A stretch of DNA of 64,000 nt, taken from an uncultured Polaribacter sp. (GTDB lineage Bacteria; Bacteroidota; Bacteroidia; Flavobacteriales; Flavobacteriaceae). Numbering within the stretch: position 1 is the first letter of the stretch; every line of letters starts with the position of its first letter. Shown piece after piece: positions 38,061 to 47,814 of the stretch. The position numbers and the translations under genes are program-made. The notes under the pieces are model-generated. The model saw only the letters and a program-made list of their open reading frames with translations. It was not told the origin of the DNA and ran no database searches. The stretch lies in NCBI GenBank assembly GCA_943787375.1, contig CALSME010000004.1, positions 88,016-152,015 of the forward strand, read 5' to 3'.

Positions 38061-38677
38061 TGGCTTTTTATCAAAGAGAGGACATCGACAACTTAGAGAA
38101 GATTTTTAAAATAAATTTAATTAACAGTTGTTCTGGATTTAAATCTGCAAATCTTCTAGGTTCTATTTCGAATGAAGGAGTTTCTAATGTTGCTGTATTT
38201 AGCTCCGTGATTCACTTAGGCTCTAACCCCCCAACATTGGGTTTTATCCTTAGACCTACAACGGTCCCAAGAGACACGTATAAAAACATAAAAGAAAGTG
38301 GTGTATTTACCATCAATCATATTTATGAAGAAATTATAGAAGACGCACATCATACTTCGGCGAAATATCCAGAAAACGTGTCCGAATTTGATATTACAAA
38401 TTTAGAGGAAGAGTTTAAAGGGGCATTTAAAGCTCCTTTTGTAACGGGATCTCCTGTACAAATGAGTATGAAATTTATTGAAGAAATTCCGGTTCCCTCC
38501 AACAATGTAATGTTAATTGTTGCACAAATTGAGGAACTCTATATTGAGGATGCACTTTTACAGAGTGATGGATTGATCAATCTTTCAATTGGAAAAGTTG
38601 CCACAATAAATGGATTGGATACCTATGCGATTCCAACCTTTAAAAAACAATTATCTTACCAAAGACCCAAAAAATAA
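38060..38677 (+). CDS. Flavin reductase-like FMN-binding protein
   Basis: NVAVFSSV.HLGSNPP, RDTYKNIKESGVFTINH, SEFD. Confidence 0.85.
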   Translation: MAFYQREDIDNLEKIFKINLINSCSGFKSANLLGSISNEGVSNVAVFSSVIHLGSNPPTLGFILRPTTVPRDTYKNIKESGVFTINHIYEEIIEDAHHTSAKYPENVSEFDITNLEEEFKGAFKAPFVTGSPVQMSMKFIEEIPVPSNNVMLIVAQIEELYIEDALLQSDGLINLSIGKVATINGLDTYAIPTFKKQLSYQRPKK

Positions 38678-38689
38678 AATAAAAATGTC

Positions 38690-40114
38690 ATGAAAATTCT
38701 CGTTACAGGAGCAACAGGCTATATTGGCAAACGGTTAATTCCGTTGTTGCTAAACGATGGCCACACCGTTGTTTGTGCTGTACGAGATAAGGAAAGGGCT
38801 AAAAATTATTTTCGAGATCGTAAAAACATTGTGCTGGTTGAGATTGACTTTCTAAACTACGAGAGTTTGGATGCGATTCCAAAAGATATTGACAGCGCCT
38901 ATTACCTGATTCATTCCATGTCAAATTCTGCAAAAGAATTTCATGTATTGGAAGAGAAATGTGCATTTAATTTTAAACGTTTTGCTGAAAGAACTGCTTT
39001 AAAGCAGGTTATTTATTTAAGTGGAATCACCAACGACACCAAGCTATCGAAACATTTACTTTCGAGAAAAAATGTAGAAAAGACCTTGTCTTCTTCAAGC
39101 TATGCTTTAACGACTTTTAAGGCGGGTATCATTGTCGGATCTGGAAGCTCGTCCTTTGAAATTATTAGAGATATTGTTGAAAAACTACCCCTAATGGTCG
39201 CTCCAAAATGGCTGAATACAAAAACGCAGCCTCTTGGTATTCGAGATGTATTGTCTTTCTTACACAAAGCATTGAACAAGAAAGAATTGTACAATCAATC
39301 CTTTGATGTTTTTGGCCCGGAAGTAATGACCTACAAAGAAATGCTCTTGCAATTTGCAGAAGTTCGAGGATTGAAAAGGTGGATTTTTACGGTACCGGTA
39401 ATGACTCCAAAACTTTCTTCTTATTGGTTGTATTTTGTTACCTCTACCTCCTACAAATTGGCCAATTCGTTGGTAAATTCTATGGGTGTTGAAGTGATTG
39501 GAAACCAAAGTGCCATTAATAAAATATTAGAAGTAAATCCAATGACCTACAAACAGGCGGTTGAATTTGCATTCGTTAAAATAAAACAAAATAGTATCAT
39601 CTCCAGTTGGAAAGATTCTTACATCAGTAGTGGAAAACTAAAGAACTATGTTCATGAATTCATTAATGTACCAAAGCACGGTTGTTTTCGAGATTTAAAG
39701 CGTCGAAAAATTGTAGACAGTGAGAAATCTTTGAATAAAATTTGGGCAATTGGTGGTGATACAGGCTGGTATTACGGTACTTTTTTATGGAAAGTAAGAG
39801 GTTTTATGGATCAATTTTTTGGAGGCGCTGGTTTGCGACGAGGAAGAAGACATCCAACAGAATTAAATGCGGGTGATGCTTTGGATTTTTGGCGTGTAAT
39901 TTATGCTGATAAAGCAAATCAGAAATTACTTCTATATGCAGAAATGGTATTGCCCGGAGAAGCATGGTTGGAATTTAAAATTGAAGACGGAATCTTATAT
40001 CAAACAGCAACATTTCGTCCAAAGGGATTGCCAGGGAGACTATACTGGTATTCGGTAGCCCCTTTTCATTGGTTTATTTTTAACGGAATGATTGATAAAA
40101 TTTCTAAACCATAG
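38690..40114 (+). CDS. NAD(P)-binding SDR fused to a DUF2867-like domain (YbjT-like)
   Basis: ILVTGATGYIG, GIIVGSGSSSFE; C-terminal GDALDFWRV and AEMVLPGEAWLEF. Confidence 0.85.
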   Translation: MKILVTGATGYIGKRLIPLLLNDGHTVVCAVRDKERAKNYFRDRKNIVLVEIDFLNYESLDAIPKDIDSAYYLIHSMSNSAKEFHVLEEKCAFNFKRFAERTALKQVIYLSGITNDTKLSKHLLSRKNVEKTLSSSSYALTTFKAGIIVGSGSSSFEIIRDIVEKLPLMVAPKWLNTKTQPLGIRDVLSFLHKALNKKELYNQSFDVFGPEVMTYKEMLLQFAEVRGLKRWIFTVPVMTPKLSSYWLYFVTSTSYKLANSLVNSMGVEVIGNQSAINKILEVNPMTYKQAVEFAFVKIKQNSIISSWKDSYISSGKLKNYVHEFINVPKHGCFRDLKRRKIVDSEKSLNKIWAIGGDTGWYYGTFLWKVRGFMDQFFGGAGLRRGRRHPTELNAGDALDFWRVIYADKANQKLLLYAEMVLPGEAWLEFKIEDGILYQTATFRPKGLPGRLYWYSVAPFHWFIFNGMIDKISKP

Positions 40115-40117
40115 CTT

Positions 40118-40258
40118 TTGAAAAAACAACATTTACCCGAAAAAATATGTACGGTCTGCGAAAAACCTTACAGCTGGAGAAAAAAATGGGAAAAGAACTG
40201 GGAAAACGTAAAATATTGTAGTGAAAGATGCAGAAGAAACAAAAATCAACAGGATTAA
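40118..40258 (+). CDS. DUF2256-family zinc-finger-like micro-protein, 46 aa (not in ORF track)
   Basis: TTG start; [46 protein letters not shown]. Confidence 0.85.
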   Translation: MKKQHLPEKICTVCEKPYSWRKKWEKNWENVKYCSERCRRNKNQQD

Positions 40259-41523
40259 TATGGTTTACAAATAACCTAAGAGTTCGAGACAATAGCTCAA
40301 TCGAATTGGCATGTGAAAAACACGAGCAAGTAATTGCTATTTATGTTTTTGACAAACATATTTTTGAAAAAAATCTTTTTGGTTTTAAAAAAATTGAACG
40401 GTATAGAGCAAATTTTTTACTTGAAACGGTGCGCGATTTAAAAGAACACTTAGCACAAAAAAACATCACACTCCTTACCTATTTTGATTTTCCAGAAGTG
40501 GTCATTCCTAAGATTTGTGAAACGCATCTCGTAAAAGAGATTTTCACCCAAAAAGAATGGACTTCAGAGGAAGTAGGTACCTTTAAAAAAGTAGCCTCTA
40601 AACTAACGGATGAATGTACAATCACCGATTCCTATGATCAGTTTTTATACCATCCTGAAGACATCAATATGGATCTTAAATCGATACCCGCTGTCTTTAC
40701 AAACTTCAGGAAAAAGGTAGAAAAATATGCATCAATACGATCAGAAAGTAACAGCGTACACAAAGAAGTGTCGAACCGCATTGTAAACAACACGAAGCTT
40801 CCAGACCTACAGGAATTGGGGTATTCAGAAGTAAAGACAGATCTCAGATCCGCTTTCCCATTTCATGGAGGAGAAAGTGAGGCCCTAAAGAGAATTGACG
40901 ATTACTTTTTTGAATCTAAAAAACTAAGTGTTTACAAACAGACCCGGAATGGATTGATTGGCACCGATTATAGTTCAAAGCTTTCTTCTTGGCTAGCAAA
41001 TGGAAGTATTTCGGCGAAAACTATTTATTGGAAAATTAAAGAATATGAAACCGTAAATGGAGCAAATGATTCTACATATTGGTTGATTTTTGAATTGATT
41101 TGGAGAGACTACTTCAAATTCATTTCACTGAAACATGGGAATGCTTTATTTAAGATTGATGGAATTTTAGAAAAGCACTATGAATGGAAAACGGAGGAAA
41201 AGTTGGTTCAAAAATGGATCCACGGTCAAACCAATGCACCATTTGTAAATGCGAATATGATTGAATTGAAGGCAACTGGATTTATGAGCAATCGAGGCAG
41301 GCAAAATGTTGCATCCTACTTTTCAAAAGAACTTCTATTAGATTGGCGCATCGGTGCCGCTTACTTTGAATCGATGCTGATTGATTATGATGTGCATTCA
41401 AACTACGGAAACTGGCTGTATATATCGGGTGTTGGCAACGACCCTAGAGATCGTAAATTCAATATAGAACGTCAAGCAGAACGCTATGACCCAGACAATC
41501 AGTATCAAAATAAATGGTTATAA
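40228..41523 (+). CDS. Cryptochrome DASH
   Basis: [64 protein letters not shown]. Confidence 0.92.
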   Translation: MQKKQKSTGLIWFTNNLRVRDNSSIELACEKHEQVIAIYVFDKHIFEKNLFGFKKIERYRANFLLETVRDLKEHLAQKNITLLTYFDFPEVVIPKICETHLVKEIFTQKEWTSEEVGTFKKVASKLTDECTITDSYDQFLYHPEDINMDLKSIPAVFTNFRKKVEKYASIRSESNSVHKEVSNRIVNNTKLPDLQELGYSEVKTDLRSAFPFHGGESEALKRIDDYFFESKKLSVYKQTRNGLIGTDYSSKLSSWLANGSISAKTIYWKIKEYETVNGANDSTYWLIFELIWRDYFKFISLKHGNALFKIDGILEKHYEWKTEEKLVQKWIHGQTNAPFVNANMIELKATGFMSNRGRQNVASYFSKELLLDWRIGAAYFESMLIDYDVHSNYGNWLYISGVGNDPRDRKFNIERQAERYDPDNQYQNKWL

Positions 41524-41541
41524 AATCACCTTTTTTAGCAT

Positions 41542-43074
41542 ATGAAAATAGTTCGATTAGTTCTTGGAGATCAATTAAACAGCTCGCATTCTTGGTTTCA
41601 AGAAAAAGACGATAACATCTTATATTGTCTGTTTGAAATGCGTCAAGAAACAGACTACATAACGCACCACATTCAAAAAGTTACAGGTTTTTTTGCTGCC
41701 ATGAGAAATTTTGCTGACGGTTTAATTAAAGATGGACATAGAGTGAAGTATCTAAACATATTAGCTCCCGAAAACACACACTCTTTAACCAAAAACCTAA
41801 CGCAACAAATCGAACAGTTTAATGCTGATAAATTTGAATACTTACTACCCGATGAATATCGTTTAGACAAACAACTAAAAGACTTCTGCGGCACGTTAAC
41901 GATAGAAAACGCGGTTACTGACACTGAGCACTTTTATACAAAAAGAGAAGATTTAGGGGTGTTTTTTGAAGGTAAAAAGCAATTTTTGATGGAGAATTTT
42001 TATAGAAATATGAGAAAAAAACATCAAATATTAACTGTCAATGCGCAACCGGAAGGCGGTCAATGGAACTATGACAAAAACAATCGAAAAAAATGGAAAG
42101 AAAATACATTGGTCCCTCCTTTTAAAAGTTTCGATAATAATGTAGTAATTATTTGTGAAGAGATCCAGAAAGCAGGCATAAAAACCATTGGGAAAATCAA
42201 TCCAAAATATTTTGAATATCCTATAAGCAGAGAGCAGGCACATGAACAATTGGAATATTTTTGCGAACATTTATTGGTCCATTTTGGGGACTACCAAGAT
42301 GCAATGCACACGAATCAAATCTATTTGTATCATGCAAGAATTTCGTTTGCTATGAATATCAAATTAATTTCTCCCAAGGAAGTAATTGCTAAAACTTTGG
42401 CAACGTATCGAGACCCAAAAGCTACCATTGAAATTTCACAAGTAGAAGGTTTTATTCGGCAAATTTTAGGCTGGAGAGAATACATGCGAGGGATGTATTG
42501 GGCATTAATGCCCAACTATAAAACACTAAACGCTTTAAACAATACCAATAAATTGCCTGATTTTTATTGGACAGGGAATACCAAGATGAATTGTTTAAAA
42601 AATGCAATCAACAATTCGCTAGACAACAGTTATGCGCATCATATACAACGTTTAATGATTACTGGGAATTATGCATTGCTAACACAAACCAATCCAGATG
42701 AAGTAGATGCTTGGTATTTGGGCATTTATGCCGATGCCGTAGAATGGGTACAACTCCCAAATACACGGGGAATGAGTCAATTTGCTGATGGCGGAAAAAT
42801 AGCAACAAAACCTTATATTTCTAGTGGAAGTTATGTGCATAAAATGGGGAATTATTGCGATAGCTGTCATTATAACAAAAAAGAAAAGACGACCAAAGAT
42901 GCATGTCCATTTAATAGCTTGTATTGGAATTTTTTAGACGACAAAAAGGAAGAACTTTCTGGAAATTTTAGAATGGGAATGATGTACAGTTTACTGCGAA
43001 AGATTCCTGCAGAAAAATTATTTGAAATAAAAGAAAAAGCAGCGCACATAATTGCAAATCCAAATGAATACTAA
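41542..43074 (+). CDS. FeS-BCP (PhrB/CryB-type) prokaryotic (6-4) photolyase/cryptochrome
   Basis: LVLGDQL, EGFIRQILGWREY, YAHHIQRLM; four Fe-S cysteines in MNC, YCDSC and ACPF. Confidence 0.92.
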   Translation: MKIVRLVLGDQLNSSHSWFQEKDDNILYCLFEMRQETDYITHHIQKVTGFFAAMRNFADGLIKDGHRVKYLNILAPENTHSLTKNLTQQIEQFNADKFEYLLPDEYRLDKQLKDFCGTLTIENAVTDTEHFYTKREDLGVFFEGKKQFLMENFYRNMRKKHQILTVNAQPEGGQWNYDKNNRKKWKENTLVPPFKSFDNNVVIICEEIQKAGIKTIGKINPKYFEYPISREQAHEQLEYFCEHLLVHFGDYQDAMHTNQIYLYHARISFAMNIKLISPKEVIAKTLATYRDPKATIEISQVEGFIRQILGWREYMRGMYWALMPNYKTLNALNNTNKLPDFYWTGNTKMNCLKNAINNSLDNSYAHHIQRLMITGNYALLTQTNPDEVDAWYLGIYADAVEWVQLPNTRGMSQFADGGKIATKPYISSGSYVHKMGNYCDSCHYNKKEKTTKDACPFNSLYWNFLDDKKEELSGNFRMGMMYSLLRKIPAEKLFEIKEKAAHIIANPNEY

Positions 43075-44557
43075 TAAAGAAACCCTACAAGTTGTTTGGC
43101 TCAAACGAGATTTACGGTTAGATGACAACGAGGCCATCACGAATGCACTGGCATCGAAAAATCGTGTACTGTTTGCTTATATTTTCGAAGATTCTCTGAG
43201 AAACGACAGGCATTATAATGAGCGACACTGGATTTTTATAAAACAATCTTTAGAAGACCTAAACGTCCGATTAAAAAAACACAACACGCAGGTTTTAACG
43301 GTAAATTCAGAAGTAATTCCGTTTTTTAACCAGTTGCAGAATTCTTTTCAAATAGCGCATGTTTATTCGCATCAGGAAACGGGACTTTTAATCACCTACA
43401 ATAGAGACAAATATTTTAAAAGGTATTGCAAAAACAACTCGATCGAATGGAATGAAAGTACTAACAATGGGGTCTTAAGAGGTTTATTAAATAGAGACGA
43501 TTGGTTTGAAAACTGGAATCGATACATGCATAATGAAAAATGCTCTTTTGAACCGAAAAAGAATCAATTGATAACGGTTGCTGAAATAGCGGAAATATCA
43601 AAGGTTTTTAATTGTACGGATTTAAAAACAAAAACATCACAAATCTTTCAAAAAGGAGGAACTACTACTGCTTGGAAATATGCAAATTCTTTCTTTGAGG
43701 AAAGACATAAAGCGTATTTATTTAATATTTCTAAACCCGAAAAATCAAGAACGAGTTCGAGTAGATTATCTCCTTATATTGCTTGGGGAAATGTATCGAT
43801 AAGAGAGGTTTTTCAAAAAGCGACACAGCTAAAATCTGAAAAAAAAGGGGATAAACATTTGGGTGCGTTTATTTCAAGATTGCGATGGCAAGCACATTTT
43901 ATTCAGAAATTTGAAATGGAACATACCATGGAAGAAGCGAGTATTAACAAAGGCTATCACAAGCTTAAAAAGAGCATCTCCGAATCCTATAAAACAGCAT
44001 GGGAAAAAGGAAATACAGGGTTTCCTTTGGTAGACGCGAGTATGCGCTGTTTAAATGAAACTGGTTTTTTAAATTTTAGAATGCGTGCCATGCTCGTTTC
44101 CTTCTTTACGCACATCCTATGGCAACCTTGGCAAGAAGCAACTTCGCATTTATCAAAAATGTTTTTAGATTTTGAACCTGGAATTCATTTTCCACAGATA
44201 CAAATGCAAGCTGGAGAAACTGGTATCAATAATTTAAGAATTTATAGTCCTGTAAAAAACAGTATTGAGCATGATACGAATGCCGTTTTCATAAAAAAAT
44301 GGTGTCCCGAATTAGCAAATTTACCAATTAACTTTATACATGAGCCATCCCTAATGACTCCTTTGGATATGCAGTTTAACAATTTTGAATTGGGCATCGA
44401 TTATCCGAATCCGATTGTTGATATTAAAGAGAATAGAAAAAAAGCAAGTGATATTCTCTGGAATTTGAAAAAGAATCCACAAGTACGATCAGAAAGTTTT
44501 AGAATTCTCAAAAAACACACCATAACCGACCGAAACAAGCTACTCCAAAGCGATTAA
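43064..44557 (+). CDS. Non-canonical photolyase/cryptochrome-family protein
   Basis: VWLKRDLRLDDN, SRLSPYIAWG, TGFPLVDASMR, NFRMRAM; FAD-pocket segment DFEPGIHFPQIQMQAG; ATG 43064. Confidence 0.85.
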   Translation: MNTNKETLQVVWLKRDLRLDDNEAITNALASKNRVLFAYIFEDSLRNDRHYNERHWIFIKQSLEDLNVRLKKHNTQVLTVNSEVIPFFNQLQNSFQIAHVYSHQETGLLITYNRDKYFKRYCKNNSIEWNESTNNGVLRGLLNRDDWFENWNRYMHNEKCSFEPKKNQLITVAEIAEISKVFNCTDLKTKTSQIFQKGGTTTAWKYANSFFEERHKAYLFNISKPEKSRTSSSRLSPYIAWGNVSIREVFQKATQLKSEKKGDKHLGAFISRLRWQAHFIQKFEMEHTMEEASINKGYHKLKKSISESYKTAWEKGNTGFPLVDASMRCLNETGFLNFRMRAMLVSFFTHILWQPWQEATSHLSKMFLDFEPGIHFPQIQMQAGETGINNLRIYSPVKNSIEHDTNAVFIKKWCPELANLPINFIHEPSLMTPLDMQFNNFELGIDYPNPIVDIKENRKKASDILWNLKKNPQVRSESFRILKKHTITDRNKLLQSD

Positions 44558-44595
44558 AAAAATGTTCAGTTATGATGTAGTACAATTTTAATGTT

Positions 44596-44641
44596 TTTTG
44601 TCTAATGATTATTACAAAACGTTAAACATTTTGTACCTTTG
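44596..44641 (+). promoter_or_regulatory. Conserved promoter/operator element, copy 2
   Basis: 35 of 46 identical to 36021-36066; ends in TACCTTTG. Confidence 0.7.
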
Positions 44642-44658
44642 AATAGAATCTAACAGCA

Positions 44659-45084
44659 ATGATTGTAAACACTACCTACACAAACAAAGAGACCGCAAGG
44701 ATTATCAATGACCTAATAGGCCCTTCATATTCTTTTTTTGAAGCGATCAGACGAAAGGGTGTTGGATCTAAGAGAATGATTGTATCTAGCGTGAGTGAAG
44801 GCTTTCAAAAGGTGATGAATACTGTTTCTGACATTAATTATGCAAATATTGAATTGCGCGAAAAAGGAATTTTGGTACATATCAATAAGGGGCTAAATGC
44901 GTATAGTTGGGCAATTCCATATTACCAACTTCACACCTACAAAACAAATGGTTACAGCATTTATGCACAAGGTAATTTTGTAAAGTTTGCGAATAACAAA
45001 TTGCTAAAGGAAAACAAATCATTTATTGAAAAACTAACGGATTTGAAAATTGAGAACGATAAACATTACGCTTTCTACGAATGA
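44659..45084 (+). CDS. Hypothetical protein
   Basis: 141-aa ORF directly behind a promoter, overlapping the next gene by ATGA. Confidence 0.75.
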   Translation: MIVNTTYTNKETARIINDLIGPSYSFFEAIRRKGVGSKRMIVSSVSEGFQKVMNTVSDINYANIELREKGILVHINKGLNAYSWAIPYYQLHTYKTNGYSIYAQGNFVKFANNKLLKENKSFIEKLTDLKIENDKHYAFYE

Positions 45085-45356
45085 TAAAATTAGAGGACAT
45101 AGCCATCGATAGAGTCATTGAAATGGCTTGGGAAGACAGAACTACTTTTGAAGCCATTGAATACCAATTTGGATTAAAAGAGCAGGAAGTGATCAACTTA
45201 ATGCGCAACCAAATGAAATTGAAAAGTTTTAAACTTTGGAGAGAAAGAGTTCAGGGAAGAAAAACAAAGCATGAAAAATTAAGAACCTTTGAAAAAGGAA
45301 GGTTTAAGTGTACGAGACAAAGATCGATCTCTAATAACGGGATTTCAAAAAGATAA
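45081..45356 (+). CDS. TIGR03643/DUF2805-family protein
   Basis: DRVIEMAWEDRTTFEAI...FKLWRERVQGRKTKH. Confidence 0.88.
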   Translation: MIKLEDIAIDRVIEMAWEDRTTFEAIEYQFGLKEQEVINLMRNQMKLKSFKLWRERVQGRKTKHEKLRTFEKGRFKCTRQRSISNNGISKR

Positions 45357-45481
45357 ACCATTTGAAGAAATAACAAGGAAAAGAAGACGATGCACCCTGA
45401 ACAATAATCTTGTATATTGGCAGTAAATTTAAGAAATCCAAAAAAATGCTTAAATTACAAAACTCTTTAAATTATTAAATT

Positions 45482-45706
45482 ATGGAACTAATTGAAAAAG
45501 CTTTAGAATACGAAAAAAGAAAAATGCGGTTTCCGACCACTAGTGACCGAATTATGGCGGCTAGAGAAGCGAAAGATTTAATTTTAAGTTTGAATGAAGT
45601 TTTCAAAGAAAATAAAGATCCTAACATCATGGACATCATGAAGCGGCTCACGGTAATAAAGCAAAGAATCGAGAAGCGTTTAAAGGGAAAACCTTTAACA
45701 TCATAA
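45482..45706 (+). CDS. Small helical hypothetical protein, paralog A
   Basis: 50 of 71 aa identical to 45783-45998 (hand count). Confidence 0.8.
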   Translation: MELIEKALEYEKRKMRFPTTSDRIMAAREAKDLILSLNEVFKENKDPNIMDIMKRLTVIKQRIEKRLKGKPLTS

Positions 45707-45782
45707 AAATTCAGTTTTATATTGCTTTTCTAACTTTTATATATATATTCGAAAATCACATTAAAATCGAAAAATAGATATA

Positions 45783-45998
45783 ATGACTTTAGCAGAAAAA
45801 GCAGTAGAATTCGAAACAAGAAAATTCTCATTCAAAACAACGAGTGATAGAATTGTAGCATCTAGAGAGGTAAAAGCCTTAATACTAGAGCTCAATGAAG
45901 TTTATAAAATAGATAAAGATCCACAAATAATGGATTACATGAAACGCTTGACAGTTGTAAAACAAAAAATTGAAAAGCGTTTGAAAGGAAGACCTTAG
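45783..45998 (+). CDS. Small helical hypothetical protein, paralog B
   Basis: Tandem paralog of 45482-45706; shared TTSDRI...LNEV...KDP.IMD.MKRLTV.KQ.IEKRLKG. Confidence 0.8.
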   Translation: MTLAEKAVEFETRKFSFKTTSDRIVASREVKALILELNEVYKIDKDPQIMDYMKRLTVVKQKIEKRLKGRP

Positions 45999-46005
45999 AC
46001 GTATT

Positions 46006-46689
46006 ATGAAAAAAATTTTAGTGATTGGTGGAAGTAAAGGAATAGGAAAGGCGATTATCGCTTCTCTAATAGAAAAAAATAACATCATAAACCTTAGCCG
46101 AACTCCTCCTTCGCTAGCGCATGAAAATTTAACGCATTATAATTGCGATATATTATCCGATGAATTACCGCAGCTAGATGCTGTAGATACTTTAATATAC
46201 TGCCCCGGAAGTATCAATTTAAAACCTATTTCGCGACTAAAACTGGATGATTTCAGAGCAGATTTCGAAATCAATGTTGTAGGAGCTGTCAAAGCAATTC
46301 AACAATACCTGCCTTTATTAAAAAGAGGAAATACCCCATCCATACTTTTATTTAGTACCGTTGCATCAAAATTAGGGATGCCGTATCATGCTAGTGTAGC
46401 AGCTGCAAAATCGGGTGTTGAAGGTTTGGTAAAGTCTTTAGGTGCTGAATTGGCACCAACAATAAGAGTCAACGCCATAGCTCCAACAGTTACCGACACC
46501 GACTTAGCCTCAAAATTATTAAGAAATGAAAGAATGATTGAGAGCATTACAGAACGTCATCCTCTTAAAAAATTCTTAAATCCAGCAGAAGTAGCAGACA
46601 TGGCTACCTTTTTAACATCAGAAAGCGCAAGCTCAATATCCGGTCAGATTTTTCAAATGGACTGTGGTATTGTTAGTTTCAAATTATAA
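46006..46689 (+). CDS. Short-chain dehydrogenase/reductase
   Basis: GGSKGIG, IRVNAIAP; canonical YxxxK replaced by SVAAAK. Confidence 0.88.
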   Translation: MKKILVIGGSKGIGKAIIASLIEKNNIINLSRTPPSLAHENLTHYNCDILSDELPQLDAVDTLIYCPGSINLKPISRLKLDDFRADFEINVVGAVKAIQQYLPLLKRGNTPSILLFSTVASKLGMPYHASVAAAKSGVEGLVKSLGAELAPTIRVNAIAPTVTDTDLASKLLRNERMIESITERHPLKKFLNPAEVADMATFLTSESASSISGQIFQMDCGIVSFKL

Positions 46690-46692
46690 AAA

Positions 46693-47175
46693 ATGGCAAG
46701 AACATCATTCTATGACCTTCAGATAAGAGATTTGCAAGGAAAAGCAATCTACCTATCTGAGTTTAAAGGCAAGCACGTACTTTTCGTGAATGTTGCCTCG
46801 AAATGTGGATTTACACCACAATACGAAAGCTTAGAGAAATTGAGCAATACCTACAAAAATAACTTAGTCGTTGTAGGAGTCCCTTGCAATCAATTTGGGA
46901 AACAAGAACCTGGAAATGCAGATGAAATTCAAGATTTTTGTCAAGCAAACTATGGTGTTACTTTTCTAATGACTGAAAAAATTGATGTAAAAGGGAGTGA
47001 ACAGCATCCATTATATGAATGGTTAACATTGAGAAGTTTGAATGGAAAGAAAAGCTCTTCAGTAAAATGGAATTTTCAAAAATACTTGATCGATCCTGAA
47101 GGAAAATTAATCGATTATTTCTTTTCCATTACCAAACCATTTAGCTCAAAAATAACAAAACACTTAAGATATTAA
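46693..47175 (+). CDS. Glutathione peroxidase family protein (Cys type)
   Basis: VNVASKCGFTPQY, PCNQFGKQEP, WNFQKYLI. Confidence 0.93.
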   Translation: MARTSFYDLQIRDLQGKAIYLSEFKGKHVLFVNVASKCGFTPQYESLEKLSNTYKNNLVVVGVPCNQFGKQEPGNADEIQDFCQANYGVTFLMTEKIDVKGSEQHPLYEWLTLRSLNGKKSSSVKWNFQKYLIDPEGKLIDYFFSITKPFSSKITKHLRY

Positions 47176-47178
47176 ATT

Positions 47179-47346
47179 ATGTTCGGCATTTTTAAAAAGA
47201 AAACAGCAGTAGAAAAACTGGAAGAAAAATATAAAAAGGTCATGGAAGAAGGCTTTAAACTGCAATCCATTAACAGAAGCGATAGCGATGAAAAATATTT
47301 GGAAGCCGATACTATTTTAAAGGAAATAGACAAACTGAAAGCATAA
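47179..47346 (+). CDS. Lacal_2735-family small protein, 55 aa (not in ORF track)
   Basis: MFGIFKKKTAVEKLEEKYKKVMEEGFKLQSINRSDSDEKYLEADTILKEIDKLKA; fills the gap between GPx and TspO. Confidence 0.8.
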   Translation: MFGIFKKKTAVEKLEEKYKKVMEEGFKLQSINRSDSDEKYLEADTILKEIDKLKA

Positions 47347-47352
47347 ATTTTC

Positions 47353-47814
47353 ATGAAAATTACCCGCGCCATCTTTCTTTTCTTACTCATTAATTTTGGC
47401 GGACTTGCAATTGGAAGTTGGCTGATGGATGGTGGCCCTACTTCTCTCTGGTACACAACACTTAATCAAGCTCCATGGACTCCTCCAGGAATTGTCTTTG
47501 GAATTGCATGGACCACCATCATGCTCTTATTCTCTATATATTTAGGGATTCTATACCAAAGTGAAAACACCCAAAGAAATAAGATATTTTATGGACTTCA
47601 AGTTCTTTTAAACGTCAGTTGGAATTTCATTTTTTTCAATCAACACCTTGTACTACTCGCACTTATTAATATTGTGCTTTTAACCGCAATTGTATTTTAT
47701 TTCTTTTTTAAAGGAAGTGAAAAAAATACAAAAATCAAGTATTTATTACTCCCCTATATGATATGGCTTTGCATTGCCACTTCATTAAATTTATATATTT
47801 TAATTCATAATTAA
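47353..47814 (+). CDS. tspO: TspO/MBR tryptophan-rich sensory protein
   Basis: WYTTLNQAPWTPPGIVFGIAWT, LNVSWNFIFF, LPYMIWLCIATSLN. Confidence 0.9.
   Translation: MKITRAIFLFLLINFGGLAIGSWLMDGGPTSLWYTTLNQAPWTPPGIVFGIAWTTIMLLFSIYLGILYQSENTQRNKIFYGLQVLLNVSWNFIFFNQHLVLLALINIVLLTAIVFYFFFKGSEKNTKIKYLLLPYMIWLCIATSLNLYILIHN

Noticed and set aside
46693-47175. Glutathione peroxidase as a selenoprotein
   Set aside because: The active-site codon is TGT (Cys); there is no in-frame TGA
47172-47456. Minus-strand 94-aa ORF and the many other short antisense or nested ORFs in the track
   Set aside because: They are shadows of well-supported genes on the other strand or frame and show no recognisable motifs
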